From a virus (taxonomy: Duplodnaviria; Heunggongvirae; Uroviricota; Caudoviricetes), in IMG/VR virus record IMGVR_UViG_2585427757_000006: DNA of 64,000 nt; one strand, 5' to 3'. The stretch's first letter is position 1. The number at the start of each line of letters is the position of its first letter. Positions 1 through 12,697 of the stretch are shown here, one piece after another. The translations under genes and the position numbers were made by a program. Under the pieces are notes generated by a model. That model saw only the letters and a list, made by a program, of their open reading frames with translations, was not told the DNA's origin and did no database searches.

Positions 1-1830
<1,830 letters not shown>

Positions 1831-2039
1831 TGACCAATAGCGGACATTAAAAATGGCGAAAAACGGCCAATAATCTTGGCGTTGACAGTGTTACGGGGGA
1901 TAAAATCAGGAGTTGAATAAATACGAAAAAGGAGGCGACACCCCTCCTTCCCTCCCCACTTATACATACCTGGCTTCTTCGCTATACATGTTGTGTTTTA
2001 TCTGTCTCAACCTCTCTATAGGCGTTAATGCTCACTCCT

Positions 2040-2760
2040 TCCAGAACGTTCTATACGGCGACTATTTCTGTTGGTGAATTGGGTGTGTTGTTCTCTCTGT
2101 CGGTGTATGTGGTTTCGTTCGTTTTGCGGTGGTTCTTCTATGGGGTGTTCTCGTCGTTTTGGTGATTGTTCTTCTCCGTGTATGGAGTAATGGCAGGGGG
2201 GCGATTCCTTTCGTTGTTGTGTTTGAGTTGTTTGTCTGGAGTGTGTGAAAGGCTTTTGCAGTTATTCGTGTATTGGGTAATGGCATTTCCCGTGATTGTT
2301 GTGTTTCGTGTCTTTTGGGATTGAGAGAAACCTTGCGGTTACAGGCTTCGTTGGGGTTTCAGTGATTCTGGTGTTCTTCGCTGTTTGGGGAATGGCGTGT
2401 CGTGGGTATCGCGCGTATGAATGTTTTCGGATTGCCTGTGAAAGTTAGGTTGGTTGTCCGGTAGCCTGGGGAGAAGAGGTGGGTCTTTTCGGTAGCCTGG
2501 GGAGAAGAGGTGGGTCTTTTCGGTAGCCTGCCATAAAGAGGTTGGTTGTTTTTGGAAATGGCATTTGTGTTATTTAGTTGTTTTGTTATGCCTGAAAATA
2601 AGTTGTTTATATGGTTGTGTAACGCAACGGGAGCGATTTTGAGCGTGTGTTTTTGTTGGTAGTGTGTTGGGTCGTCTGTGGTGAAAATTGGACGCTGTGG
2701 CGCTGTCTGCTGCGTAGAGTTACGGGTATAAGCAGTGATGTGTGAAAACGTCAATTTTTT
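2040..2760. repeat. GT-skewed degenerate repeat tract, non-coding
   Basis: Plus strand dominated by G and T, recurring units such as ggtaatggca; only low-complexity T/N/Q/P/K-rich ORFs. Confidence 0.5.
2459..2530. repeat. 31-bp direct tandem repeat, about 2.3 copies
   Basis: cggtagcctggggagaagaggtgggtctttt repeated exactly twice, then a partial third copy. Confidence 0.85.
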
Positions 2761-2963
2761 AGACCAAATCGGGTGAAAGCGTTGATGTTTCGTTGATCTG
2801 TTATTCAGTTGTTTTCTTGATTGTATAAACAACTATAGCTTATTGATATTTAAGGATGTGATTGCGGGTATGGAAGAAGAGTAGTGGCGATCAACGGATT
2901 CTTATAGAAAAGAATCAAATTGTGACCGCCATTATCAACTGATTGATTTGTTTACTTGTGTAG

Positions 2964-3362
2964 TCAGTTCTCGAAATGAATAGGGTCAACGTAATGCCGC
3001 TCACCGCTTTTACCATTACACAGCACTGTAACTTTCGCCTTTTCACTCCAGGCTGAGTATAGAAAGTTCCCATCAGGTTGAACATGGTAACGAGAGAAGT
3101 AAACATCGCCGACTGAGGCGTCGAACATGTTCCTATCTTTTTCACTTTGGGCAAGCGAGATGGATATCACCGAATTCCCATTTGGGGAAACGATTTTAAA
3201 TTTATTCCCTATATCCATAACAATATTGTAACCAGGTAATTGCTTGTGTGTTTCCGGATCTATTTTCATGCATCGTGGGTACACGATAGTGTTAGGCTCT
3301 TCAACTGGCGTGGCATTAGCAGAAAGCACAAAAAATATTAGTGCCAATGGTGCATATTTCAT
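2964..3362 (-). CDS. hypothetical secreted protein with N-terminal signal peptide
   Basis: 132-aa ORF, hydrophobic N-terminus MKYAPLALIFFVLSANA. Confidence 0.45.
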   Translation of the reverse strand: MKYAPLALIFFVLSANATPVEEPNTIVYPRCMKIDPETHKQLPGYNIVMDIGNKFKIVSPNGNSVISISLAQSEKDRNMFDASVGDVYFSRYHVQPDGNFLYSAWSEKAKVTVLCNGKSGERHYVDPIHFEN

Positions 3363-3656
3363 TTATCCCTCACAATTTCCAATTTTCCAGACCATCGTCT
3401 ATTTCAGCGTCAGGGTGGAATTGTACCGCATCAAATCCTACATCGAGCACCTTTCGAATGTTCTTGATGGTTTGCTATGTGACACCGTAATCACGCAGCT
3501 TTTCTTCCCTCCCCTGACTCCCCCATACTCCGTTTCTGTACCCAATTGAGTCCGAGATTGTATGGTGCTCGAAACAGATATTTGGTAGACACTCAGAGTC
3601 ATGCTGTGTAACGAGGGTAGGGCTACTAACTGTCGTCTTATACAATTTGGTGAGTT

Positions 3657-3905
3657 TCAGCATTTTACCACCCCGTTCGGAAACAACTCATTCGCCGTAG
3701 TTGATATAACCTCCCAATTAACGCCGACATCAGCGTTATGGCATTGTCTGATTTTTTGCATCACCTGTACGCATTGTTCATCAGTGAGATCTGTCCTTAC
3801 TTCAGCAATATCTTCTTTGTGCCACATAACCATGAGTAAGGGTTCGTCTTCTGGATAGTTTTTCAGTTTCTCGATGATTTCTTTTGCTGTTCCAAACATC
3901 TTCAT
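3657..3905 (-). CDS. hypothetical protein
   Basis: 82-aa ORF with SD ggag and the recurrent aaacaaNttgttttct motif directly upstream of its start. Confidence 0.5.
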   Translation of the reverse strand: MKMFGTAKEIIEKLKNYPEDEPLLMVMWHKEDIAEVRTDLTDEQCVQVMQKIRQCHNADVGVNWEVISTTANELFPNGVVKC

Positions 3906-4011
3906 CTCCTAAACAATTTGTTTTCTTATATGACTTATTATCTCAATCAACAAAAGGTAGAAAACAAATTGTTTTAGAGTTTGTTAAAGTCAGAAGGGGT
4001 TGTGTCTATAT

Positions 4012-4040
4012 GAAAATGCCCGGCGTGTTGCCGGGCATTG
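4012..4040 (-). terminator. rho-independent terminator downstream of metG
   Basis: GC hairpin gcccggc-loop-gccgggc followed by a T-run on the minus strand. Confidence 0.6.
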
Positions 4041-4058
4041 CGAAGAGAGGGTGTTTAA

Positions 4059-6092
4059 TTACTTAACCTGGTGGCCAGGTTTAGCACCAGCATCCGGGCT
4101 TAACAGGAAGATATCTTTCCCCCCGGGGCCAGCAGCCATTACCATGCCTTCGGAGATACCAAAGCGCATTTTACGCGGTGCCAGGTTGGCCACCATAATG
4201 GTGTGACGCCCGATCAGTGCCTGCGGATCTGGGTAGGCAGAACGAATACCGGAGAAGACATTGCGTTTTTCACCACCGAGATCCAGCGTCAGGCGAAGCA
4301 GTTTGTCAGAACCTTCTACAAACTCTGCGTTTTCAATCAGCGCCACGCGCAGGTCAACTTTGGCGAAGTCGTCAAAGGTGATAGTTTCCTGAATCGGGTC
4401 GTCAGCCAGTGGGCCAGTTACCGGTGCGGCTGTGGCTTTCACTTCTTCTTTGGATGCTTCCACCAGTGCTTCAACCTGCTTCATATCGATGCGGTTATAC
4501 AGTGCCTTGAACGGATTCACTTTATGGCCCAGCAGCGGTTGCTGGATACCATCCCAGGTCAGTTCTGTATTCAGGAATGCTTCTGCACGTTCAGTCAGTT
4601 TCGGCAGTACCGGTTTCAGGTACGTCATCAGCACGCGGAACAGGTTAATGCCCATAGAGCAAATCGCCTGCAGATCGGCATCGCGTCCTTCCTGCTTTGC
4701 CACCACCCACGGAGCCTGTTCATCAACATAGCGGTTAGCCAGGTCAGCCAGTGCCATGATTTCACGGATAGCTTTGCCAAATTCGCGGCTTTCCCATGCT
4801 TCGCCAATCACTTCAGCGGCATCAGTAAAGGTTTTGTACAGTTGCGGGTCAGCCAGTTCGCTTGCCAGCACGCCGTCAAAACGCTTGTTGATAAAGCCTG
4901 CATTACGGGAGGCCAGGTTAACCACTTTGTTAACGATATCGGCATTCACACGCTGAACGAAATCTTCCAGGTTGAGATCGATATCATCAATGCGCGAAGA
5001 GAGTTTCGCAGTGTAGTAGTAACGCAGGCTGTCGGCGTCAAAATGATTCAGCCAGGTGCTGGCTTTAATAAAGGTGCCGCGAGACTTGGACATCTTCGCG
5101 CCGTTCACCGTCACATAGCCGTGAACAAACAGGTTGGTCGGCTTGCGGAAGTTGCTGCCTTCCAGCATGGCAGGCCAGAACAGGCTGTGGAAGTAAACGA
5201 TATCTTTGCCGATGAAGTGGTACAGCTCGGCGGTGGAGTCTTTCTTCCAGTATTCGTCGAAGCTGGTAGTGTCGCCGCGTTTGTCGCACAGATTCTTGAA
5301 GGAACCCATGTAGCCAATCGGCGCGTCCAGCCAGACGTAGAAGTATTTGCCCGGTGCGTTCGGAATTTCAAAACCGAAGTAAGGTGCGTCACGGGAGATA
5401 TCCCACTGTTGCAGGCCAGATTCAAACCACTCCTGCATTTTGTTTGCCACCTGCTCCTGCAACGCACCGCTGCGGGTCCATGCCTGCAACATTTCGCTGA
5501 AAGAAGGCAGATCAAAGAAGAAGTGTTCGGAATCACGCATTACCGGTGTAGCGCCAGAAACCACTGATTTCGGCTCGATCAGTTCCGTCGGGCTGTATGT
5601 CGCGCCGCAGACTTCACAGTTATCGCCGTATTGATCCGGCGCTTTACATTTCGGGCATGTGCCTTTTACAAAACGGTCCGGCAGGAACATGCCTTTTTCC
5701 GGGTCGTACAGCTGAGAGATGGTGCGGTTTTTAATAAAACCGTTCTCTTTCAGGCGAGTATAGATAAGCTCGGACAACTGACGGTTCTCTTCGCTGTGCG
5801 TCGAGTGATAGTTGTCATAGCTGATGTTAAAGCCTGCGAAATCAGTCTGATGTTCCTGACTCATTTCGCCAATCATCTGTTCCGGTGTGATACCAAGCTG
5901 CTGTGCTTTCAGCATGATTGGCGTACCGTGGGCATCGTCGGCACAGATGAAATTAACCTCGTGGCCGCGCATTCGCTGGTAACGAACCCAGACATCAGCC
6001 TGGATGTGCTCCAGCATATGGCCGAGGTGGATTGAGCCGTTAGCGTACGGCAGCGCGCACGTCACCAGAATTTTCTTCGCGACTTGGGTCAT
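4059..6092 (-). CDS. metG: methionine--tRNA ligase
   Basis: 677-aa product from [40 protein letters not shown] motif, C-terminal tRNA-binding domain; start trimmed from track ORF to the conserved N-terminus. Confidence 0.95.
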   Translation of the reverse strand: MTQVAKKILVTCALPYANGSIHLGHMLEHIQADVWVRYQRMRGHEVNFICADDAHGTPIMLKAQQLGITPEQMIGEMSQEHQTDFAGFNISYDNYHSTHSEENRQLSELIYTRLKENGFIKNRTISQLYDPEKGMFLPDRFVKGTCPKCKAPDQYGDNCEVCGATYSPTELIEPKSVVSGATPVMRDSEHFFFDLPSFSEMLQAWTRSGALQEQVANKMQEWFESGLQQWDISRDAPYFGFEIPNAPGKYFYVWLDAPIGYMGSFKNLCDKRGDTTSFDEYWKKDSTAELYHFIGKDIVYFHSLFWPAMLEGSNFRKPTNLFVHGYVTVNGAKMSKSRGTFIKASTWLNHFDADSLRYYYTAKLSSRIDDIDLNLEDFVQRVNADIVNKVVNLASRNAGFINKRFDGVLASELADPQLYKTFTDAAEVIGEAWESREFGKAIREIMALADLANRYVDEQAPWVVAKQEGRDADLQAICSMGINLFRVLMTYLKPVLPKLTERAEAFLNTELTWDGIQQPLLGHKVNPFKALYNRIDMKQVEALVEASKEEVKATAAPVTGPLADDPIQETITFDDFAKVDLRVALIENAEFVEGSDKLLRLTLDLGGEKRNVFSGIRSAYPDPQALIGRHTIMVANLAPRKMRFGISEGMVMAAGPGGKDIFLLSPDAGAKPGHQVK

Positions 6093-6249
6093 AGTAGGCA
6101 TTACTTCTTTGTAGTGAAAAGGGGCTTGATAGTAACAAAATGGCCTTATGTCTGCCATGTGATAACAGCATTTCTCATAAATGATTAAATGTCGTAGCTG
6201 GAGTACACTACAAGGCGACAATTGCGCAAATTAAAATAAAGGAGACGGG

Positions 6250-7350
6250 ATGAGCGAGTCCAAATCGCCGGATGCCCTGAGAGCAATGGTAGCCGGTACG
6301 CTGGCTAATTTTCAGCACCCAACCCTGAAACACAACCTGACTACGCTTAAAGCGTTACACCATGTTGCGTTGATGGATGACACACTGCATGTCGAACTAA
6401 TCATGCCTTTCGTGTGGAATAAGCCTTTTGAAGACCTGAAAGAGCAATGTAGTGGTGATCTGCTCCGTATCACTGGCGCAAAGGCTATTGACTGGAAGCT
6501 GTCGTACAACATTGCCACGCTTAAGCGCGTCAAAAACCAACCAGGCATTAATGGCGTTAAGAACATTATCGCCGTCAGCTCAGGCAAGGGCGGCGTGGGT
6601 AAATCCTCCACGGCGGTAAACCTGGCACTGGCGTTGGCTGCTGAAGGTGCGAAAGTTGGTATTTTGGATGCCGATATCTATGGTCCATCAATTCCAACCA
6701 TGCTGGGCGCGGAAAACCAACGTCCAACCTCACCGGACGGTACTCACATGGCACCTATCATGTCTCATGGCCTGGCAACCAACTCTATTGGTTATCTGGT
6801 CACCGACGACAATGCAATGGTGTGGCGTGGACCGATGGCCAGCAAGGCGCTGATGCAGATGTTGCAGGAAACACTGTGGCCTGATCTGGACTATCTCGTT
6901 CTCGATATGCCACCGGGCACTGGTGATATTCAATTGACGCTGGCGCAGAACATTCCTGTAACTGGTGCGGTTGTGGTAACTACGCCGCAAGACATCGCGC
7001 TGATCGATGCGAAGAAAGGCATTGTGATGTTCGAAAAAGTCGAAGTGCCGGTACTGGGTATCGTTGAAAACATGAGTGTGCATATTTGCAGTAACTGCGG
7101 TCATCACGAGCCAATTTTTGGCACCGGTGGCGCACAGAAACTGGCCGAGAAATACAACACGCAGTTGTTAGGCCAAATGCCACTTCATATCTCTCTTCGT
7201 GAAGATCTGGATAACGGAACACCAACCGTTATTAGTCGTCCAGATAGTGAATTTACGGCTATTTATCGTGACCTCGCAGATCGCGTTGCTGCCCAAATGT
7301 ATTGGCAAGGTGAAGTAATACCTGGCGAAATCGCATTCCGCGCAGTGTGA
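6250..7350 (+). CDS. apbC: Fe-S cluster carrier ATPase ApbC/Mrp
   Basis: P-loop [16 protein letters not shown], CxxC motif CSNCGH, SD ggaga upstream; divergent from metG as in enterobacterial chromosomes. Confidence 0.93.
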   Translation: MSESKSPDALRAMVAGTLANFQHPTLKHNLTTLKALHHVALMDDTLHVELIMPFVWNKPFEDLKEQCSGDLLRITGAKAIDWKLSYNIATLKRVKNQPGINGVKNIIAVSSGKGGVGKSSTAVNLALALAAEGAKVGILDADIYGPSIPTMLGAENQRPTSPDGTHMAPIMSHGLATNSIGYLVTDDNAMVWRGPMASKALMQMLQETLWPDLDYLVLDMPPGTGDIQLTLAQNIPVTGAVVVTTPQDIALIDAKKGIVMFEKVEVPVLGIVENMSVHICSNCGHHEPIFGTGGAQKLAEKYNTQLLGQMPLHISLREDLDNGTPTVISRPDSEFTAIYRDLADRVAAQMYWQGEVIPGEIAFRAV

Positions 7351-7357
7351 TAAAAAG

Positions 7358-7486
7358 GTGGTGCTTTTGCCGTTACGCACCCCCCCGTCAGTAGCTGAAC
7401 AGGAGGGACAGCTGATAGAAACAGAAGCCACTGGAGCACCTCAAAAACACCATCATACACTAAATCAGTAAGTTGGCAGCATCACC
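7358..7486 (-). mobile_element. IS1 left-end remnant (inverted repeat plus first about 24 codons of insA), internally truncated
   Basis: Reverse complement reads ggtgatgctgccaacttactgatttagtgtatgatggtg, the IS1 terminal repeat; encoded [24 protein letters not shown] then breaks into apbC 3-prime flank. Confidence 0.8.
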
Positions 7487-7648
7487 GAGCGCCAGCGGCG
7501 AACATATGAGCTTCGGAAATACTAGACATTCTTAACTCCGTTGTTTTCTAGTTGTGGTTATTTTCACAAATAAGAAAAGATAGAAAACAATTTATTTAAG
7601 GCCACAACTTATGGCCTTTATTTATTCATGCCGAAGGATTTGTAGCGT

Positions 7649-8029
7649 CTAATTGCCGGATAAAATGGGGTGAGGTGCTTGCCAGTAGGCTCCACCGTTC
7701 CATGTGAACCCCATGCGAATAAGAGTGTTTATTGCGGCTTTGGTAGACTCCGATTCGACACTGGCTTTACGAAACTCTTGAACCTCTTTCGCCAACTTGT
7801 ATGTAATTGTGCAGGGGACGATTGCAGCCCAGCCTTTCTCATGACTGTTAATGACCATCTGGATGTGACCATCCAGAATAGGTTGATTAGGCATGTTATT
7901 GAAAATGTCTGCCTGTTTTTGAATGTGAAGAAAAAGCCTTGCCAGCGCCATTTGCTCACTACGAGACAAGGGATTATCAAGAGGGCTTTTTGCAAAAGCT
8001 GCTATACGCTGTGCATCAATGCCAAACAT
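7649..8029 (-). CDS. hypothetical protein
   Basis: 126-aa ORF; stop overlaps start region of upstream gene. Confidence 0.4.
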   Translation of the reverse strand: MFGIDAQRIAAFAKSPLDNPLSRSEQMALARLFLHIQKQADIFNNMPNQPILDGHIQMVINSHEKGWAAIVPCTITYKLAKEVQEFRKASVESESTKAAINTLIRMGFTWNGGAYWQAPHPILSGN

Positions 8030-8733
8030 CAGCGCACCTCACCATCTTTATGGCTGGAGTTAACTTCCGTCATTAAATGTCTGACGTAATCGACAAGAGA
8101 GCCGCCTGGTGGAATCTGGCATTCCTCAACTAACTGGAAGTAGATATCCGCTGCATTACGTGTATTGCTACCCGCGCATATTCTTTCTTCCCGAAGTGCA
8201 TGAAGCTCGTTGATCAAACGGTCACACTCTCCGTTACGCTGATCCACAACGGCCTCAAGCTCTGCGACGCGTTCACCTGGCGTCTTACCTTCTTTGCGTT
8301 GGATGGTAACGACGAAATCGCCAATTGCAGGGACGTTGTAATCCAGCTCAAGGTAGTTTTTGGCACCGCTGCGGACGAACTCACCCGCGAACATGGTGGC
8401 GAACATCGCAGAGGCCACTTCTCCGTTGAAAAGTGACTCCAGATCTAACGGAGTCCCGGCAGCAAGAGCCTCCTTTGCTGTATCCATTGCATCCATGAAC
8501 CGATCAAACTCACTAGCGCGCTTTTCCAGGTCTTTCCATTGCTCGCTCCAACGTTTGGCAACGAAGTCTATGAATGTTTTCGCGGATTCATCAAAATTCC
8601 CCTCAAACTTAACGATGCCTTTATCAATAATGATCTGGCCTACCGCATCCTCTGCATAACCTTTCAATGTAAACTTGAAAGGAAAATCGGAATGGCCTGT
8701 GACGTTAAAATGCTCTAACTGGAGGTTGCTCAT
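8029..8733 (-). CDS. hypothetical protein
   Basis: 234-aa ORF in compact operon. Confidence 0.45.
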   Translation of the reverse strand: MSNLQLEHFNVTGHSDFPFKFTLKGYAEDAVGQIIIDKGIVKFEGNFDESAKTFIDFVAKRWSEQWKDLEKRASEFDRFMDAMDTAKEALAAGTPLDLESLFNGEVASAMFATMFAGEFVRSGAKNYLELDYNVPAIGDFVVTIQRKEGKTPGERVAELEAVVDQRNGECDRLINELHALREERICAGSNTRNAADIYFQLVEECQIPPGGSLVDYVRHLMTEVNSSHKDGEVR

Positions 8734-8794
8734 GTGTTTTTCTCTTATCGTTTAGTAACTACATTCTTACATAAATTAAGTAAGCATTTACCTA

Positions 8795-10480
8795 TCATTT
8801 AACGCGTTTGAAAACGTATACGCTGACTGTGATCCCTGTGTCTTCAAACTCGTTGGTAAACGACTTCCCTCTGGCATAAACGTAATTATCCATCGTCATC
8901 CAGTCCAGTATTGGCGCAGTGCCCGGCAATACTGCTACAAGACGCCCGCCGACTTTCAGATGCCCCAGCGCAGCCAGCGTGTGCTCTCTATGACGACCAA
9001 GCGAGTACGGCGGGTTCATAACGATTTTGTCGAACTGATAACCTGCGTTGTCCTCAGACCACTTTATGAAGTCGCAGCAAATCGTGTTCGTATACCCTTT
9101 TCCACGCAGGATATCAGCGAAGAGAGGTGCGATTTCTATGCAGGTAACATCTTCCAGATCGGCGTCAATATAGGCCAGAAGATCCCCACGTCCGGCTTGA
9201 GGCTCCAACAGCTTCTCACCAGGCTTCAATTCAGTGGCTCTTGCAACGTACTCAGCAATCAAGCGTGGGGTAGGGTAGAACTGGTGTGATTTTGTATCCG
9301 GTATTAAACCGGTAGCCACAATCGTATTTAGCGTATGGCCGATGTCATACGGGAACTGCCAGTGCTTTTTCTCCTGCACGCCGCCAATGAAGCTCAGTGT
9401 GCGCTCAAGCTCTTCCACCTGCGACTTCTGGAGAGCTGAATCAGAGAAGTACCATACACCTTTGTCTTTGCTCAATCGCCCGTCACGAAGCGCAGTGCGA
9501 ACCGGCACGGAGATCGTCTTCTGGATTAAACCGAACTGCTTTGGTGCCCGTGTTTTTGGCGCAGTTCGGCATGGCGCGGGGATTGCAGCAGGCATACTGT
9601 AAGCCAGCACCTCATTCAACTTCCAGGCCACGTCAGGATGTATTTCAAAGTGAACGTTGCCGTTCTTGAACATCTTCACGCGCATCAGATTTCCATCGAC
9701 GTTCATCCAGTCACCGGTCTGGCAGTCGTTTGCCCGATACGCAGCTGATAGCACCTCAGCAGTGCGGTTGATGGTAATAAATTCTTTGTGCGCGAAGAAA
9801 TGAAGCAAGACACGCAGATCGTCGATGTAGTCCTCTTTGCGATAGTTCACGCTAACGCTGTCCCGCCAGAAATCAGAAATGCAGTCAGCGATTATCAGCC
9901 GCTCGCTGAAACCATTTGTCTTATTTGTCTTGTGCACAGGACTCAGCGCCTTAAACAAGCCATACACGCGCTCAGAGAGATATTTGTGCCTGTCATTCAG
10001 CAAATTAAGCATCGTGGGTATGACCGTTTCTGCTTTGAACTCCGGTACACCAACGAACTCTTTAACCTTCATCTGGTAGCCGGTTCTGTCAGTTTTGATG
10101 ACTTCCTGTTTGCCCTCTATAAACTGCTCGCGCCACTCATCTCGACGGGAAGCTGGCATGATCAGCAAAACGTTAGTCATGTCCGTGACCTTCCTCCAGT
10201 ACTCGGCCCAAATATTCTGTTTCACCCATTCCAGATCGACTTTATCCAACCAACCTCGATTTAAACGCGAGCGATCTTCATCTGGTCGATGGTTTAGTCT
10301 CAGCAGGCGATTAATCATGTTGTGGCGTTCGTCGCCATAAACGAAGTCGTGTACCTGATACATGAAGGCGATCTCTTTCTCGCACTCGGCCACAATTTCG
10401 TGGATAACGTTCATTTCCTGACGATAATCGATAGCAGTGTTTGAGCTGGCATCGTCGATGATGGAAAGGGCTGTATTCAT
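8795..10480 (-). CDS. putative SAM-dependent N6-adenine methyltransferase with large N-terminal domain of unknown function
   Basis: C-terminal FYPTP, LEPQAGRGDLL (motif I-like) and NPPY (motif IV) in 561-aa protein. Confidence 0.55.
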   Translation of the reverse strand: MNTALSIIDDASSNTAIDYRQEMNVIHEIVAECEKEIAFMYQVHDFVYGDERHNMINRLLRLNHRPDEDRSRLNRGWLDKVDLEWVKQNIWAEYWRKVTDMTNVLLIMPASRRDEWREQFIEGKQEVIKTDRTGYQMKVKEFVGVPEFKAETVIPTMLNLLNDRHKYLSERVYGLFKALSPVHKTNKTNGFSERLIIADCISDFWRDSVSVNYRKEDYIDDLRVLLHFFAHKEFITINRTAEVLSAAYRANDCQTGDWMNVDGNLMRVKMFKNGNVHFEIHPDVAWKLNEVLAYSMPAAIPAPCRTAPKTRAPKQFGLIQKTISVPVRTALRDGRLSKDKGVWYFSDSALQKSQVEELERTLSFIGGVQEKKHWQFPYDIGHTLNTIVATGLIPDTKSHQFYPTPRLIAEYVARATELKPGEKLLEPQAGRGDLLAYIDADLEDVTCIEIAPLFADILRGKGYTNTICCDFIKWSEDNAGYQFDKIVMNPPYSLGRHREHTLAALGHLKVGGRLVAVLPGTAPILDWMTMDNYVYARGKSFTNEFEDTGITVSVYVFKRVK

Positions 10481-10581
10481 AATTACACCATTAAATAATT
10501 TGTTTTCTGATTGGTGTAATTATCGCAAACTTGAAAAGGCATAAAAGCTGCATTCATAGGCGTTACAGCAGATTTAAGGCG

Positions 10582-10605
10582 TAAAAATGGGGGCTGTCGC
10601 CCCCT
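10582..10605 (-). terminator. rho-independent terminator
   Basis: gggggcgacagccccc hairpin followed by a T-run on the minus strand. Confidence 0.6.
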
Positions 10606-10621
10606 GTCGACTGGTGCTGTA

Positions 10622-11188
10622 TTAGAGTGCGTATTGCGTTTTGTGCGGCTGCTTATTCAAGTCATGGCGATGCGTGAGCTCCCGCATCATGTCTTCAAGG
10701 CGACTCTTTGTGTCGTCGAGCTGGTCGGCCATTGCACCTAAAAGCTGGCGAACGGCCATCGGATCGTCGCTGTTTAGTGATGGCATTTTAGAACCTGCTT
10801 TAGAAGACATAAGGTTGATTGCAGACATCAACATCGTTAGAGAGGATTTAAGCCCGGCAATTTCACGATCTTTGCTGGCAATAATCGTCTCACTTTTGTT
10901 ACCGTCATCAGTTTCTTGAGTCTCGCTCACCATATCCAAAGTCGCTTGCAACTTATCAGCTCTCTCTTTTTCAGCAAGGTAATGAACACCGAAATGGTGT
11001 GCCAAAGCTACAATCTGAGTTGGCTCTTCAAAGGTGGAATTAAAATTAAGTATTGTAAACAGTCTCTCAAATATGGAAACGTCTTCTATTCCTCGAAGAA
11101 TGGCTAACATTTTGACCAGTTCATTAGCATCCATTTCTTCGAATAAGGCGTTTTGTTCATCAGCTATTGCTTTGCATTTCTCGCACAT
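10622..11188 (-). CDS. hypothetical protein
   Basis: 188-aa ORF preceded by motif aaacaagttgttttcttat and an SD. Confidence 0.45.
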   Translation of the reverse strand: MCEKCKAIADEQNALFEEMDANELVKMLAILRGIEDVSIFERLFTILNFNSTFEEPTQIVALAHHFGVHYLAEKERADKLQATLDMVSETQETDDGNKSETIIASKDREIAGLKSSLTMLMSAINLMSSKAGSKMPSLNSDDPMAVRQLLGAMADQLDDTKSRLEDMMRELTHRHDLNKQPHKTQYAL

Positions 11189-11327
11189 GTGTTTTCCTTA
11201 ATGCTTAAACAAGTTGTTTTCTTATTGGTTTTATTGTGATGTGGCATAAAAGGGGAGCAAGCTAAACGTAAAGGTGCAAACTCTCTATTTCGGTCAACGA
11301 AACACAAGGGCCATTTGGCCCTTGTCA

Positions 11328-11486
11328 TTAACACTTTGCTTTACGAACTAACGGATAAGCGAAGTAGATCGCCAAACCAATGAGGACGCCATCAGAAATG
11401 ACAGACATCATCTTTCCCGTAAAATCCACCAACACCGCCATCACCAGAAGAGCAATGACGATCACAAGCCGGAATCTCTCAAGCAT
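11328..11486 (-). CDS. small hydrophobic membrane protein, 52 aa
   Basis: MLERFRLVIVIALLVMAVLV; start overlaps upstream stop in a TAATG arrangement; below the 60-aa track cutoff. Confidence 0.4.
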   Translation of the reverse strand: MLERFRLVIVIALLVMAVLVDFTGKMMSVISDGVLIGLAIYFAYPLVRKAKC

Positions 11487-11911
11487 TAGAGATAAGCATC
11501 CAGTGACAACTGAAGCGCCTGGGCGATCTTTTTCAGTGCCTGCTCTTCTTGTTCACCAATGCCGTCCTGATCGGCAATATCAAGGCACAGACACAGAACA
11601 TCGACCGCCTCTGGAGTACCCGCAATATCAGACAGCTCACGAATAGCCTGTGCATTAGCAGAACGAGGGGACGCTTCGTAACGAGCACGGATATTGGCGC
11701 TCATTTGGGCAATTTCACCAGCAAACGGAGAAAACGCAGGCAGAGCTGCAATTGTCTTCTCAAGAATGGCAATTTCTTTTGCGTCACATGTGCCGTCGGC
11801 ATAGGAGATCATGTACGCGCCCCACACGGTGGCCTCAACCGCATCACGGTTCTCCATTTTTTTGACTTCGATAACTGCTTTACGAGTTTTCTTTTTGAAG
11901 AAACCTAACAT
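11486..11911 (-). CDS. TerB-like domain protein
   Basis: Two DG-x-E repeats (YADGTCDAKEIAIL and IADQDGIGEQEEQALKKIA) resembling tellurite-resistance TerB. Confidence 0.45.
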   Translation of the reverse strand: MLGFFKKKTRKAVIEVKKMENRDAVEATVWGAYMISYADGTCDAKEIAILEKTIAALPAFSPFAGEIAQMSANIRARYEASPRSANAQAIRELSDIAGTPEAVDVLCLCLDIADQDGIGEQEEQALKKIAQALQLSLDAYL

Positions 11912-12004
11912 GTGTTTTCCTTTTGTTATTTGTCAAAACAAGTTGTTTTCTAGTTAAATAAATTGCTTACGCAAAGACGGTCAATGCATATGTACTAACA
12001 ACCG

Positions 12005-12193
12005 TCAGAAATAACCAAGTACCGAACCGACTGGAAAAATAAAAATCCCAACTACACGAGCCAAGGTCATGCCAGCCTGAAACTGGAGATCGCCAGAGCA
12101 AACAAGTTTTATAATGTTCGATACCCAACCGGCGGCCATGAGGGCAAGAATTGCCAGCCAAATTTTTCCAAAGTGATTTGAAAACCAGTTCAT
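12005..12193 (-). CDS. small membrane protein
   Basis: 62-aa ORF with two hydrophobic segments. Confidence 0.35.
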   Translation of the reverse strand: MNWFSNHFGKIWLAILALMAAGWVSNIIKLVCSGDLQFQAGMTLARVVGIFIFPVGSVLGYF

Positions 12194-12202
12194 ACAACCG
12201 CC

Positions 12203-12697
12203 TTAGTCACAGCATGATCCTGAGTAACTGGATGAACTTGAGGTATCGCATCCACCGCCATCCCATCCAGAGTGACAGGACGCTCCACTGGAGTGGTGGT
12301 AATTGTCGTCGACGAAGGTGTGGTGGTGGATGAATCCGGCATCAAAAGGCTCTGACCGGCTGGAACGGCTACCGTCGCCAGTGAAACTATAATGAGAACG
12401 TAGGCCATTGGTTTCAGCCTCTTTCTTTGAAAATTTTCCATTCGAACTGTCCTTGTTGTTTTTCTCCTTCACTAAAGGCCGTGCATTTTTCGCTTCGCGT
12501 GAAGAACCAGAGGCAACAATCGCCCCCATGTTCGCAACAACTGACGCTTGATTATCTAAACGTTCATTCAGCAACCGAACGGTAGTCTCTAGTTCATCAA
12601 GGCGTGACATAACACGACCGCTAAATAATTCGGCCAAAATTTGACGTAAAGAACGAGGACGTTTAGTTACAGAAGTGAAATAGGTTTGACGTGCCAT
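12203..12697 (-). CDS. hypothetical protein
   Basis: 164-aa ORF, Ser/Gly/Cys-rich C-terminus. Confidence 0.4.
   Translation of the reverse strand: MARQTYFTSVTKRPRSLRQILAELFSGRVMSRLDELETTVRLLNERLDNQASVVANMGAIVASGSSREAKNARPLVKEKNNKDSSNGKFSKKEAETNGLRSHYSFTGDGSRSSRSEPFDAGFIHHHTFVDDNYHHSSGASCHSGWDGGGCDTSSSSSYSGSCCD

Noticed and set aside
2062-2832. Minus-strand ORFs of 74 and 157 aa in the GT-rich tract
   Set aside because: Extreme low-complexity composition (T, N, Q, P, K) produced by strand asymmetry; no SD or motif support.
4203-6035. Long plus-strand ORFs (454 aa, 134 aa and others) antisense to metG
   Set aside because: They lie entirely inside the well-supported minus-strand metG and have no recognisable motifs or SD; antisense read-through artefacts.
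7168-7431. 87-aa minus-strand ORF beginning [16 protein letters not shown]
   Set aside because: It is the first roughly 24 codons of IS1 insA fused to antisense apbC sequence, not an intact gene.
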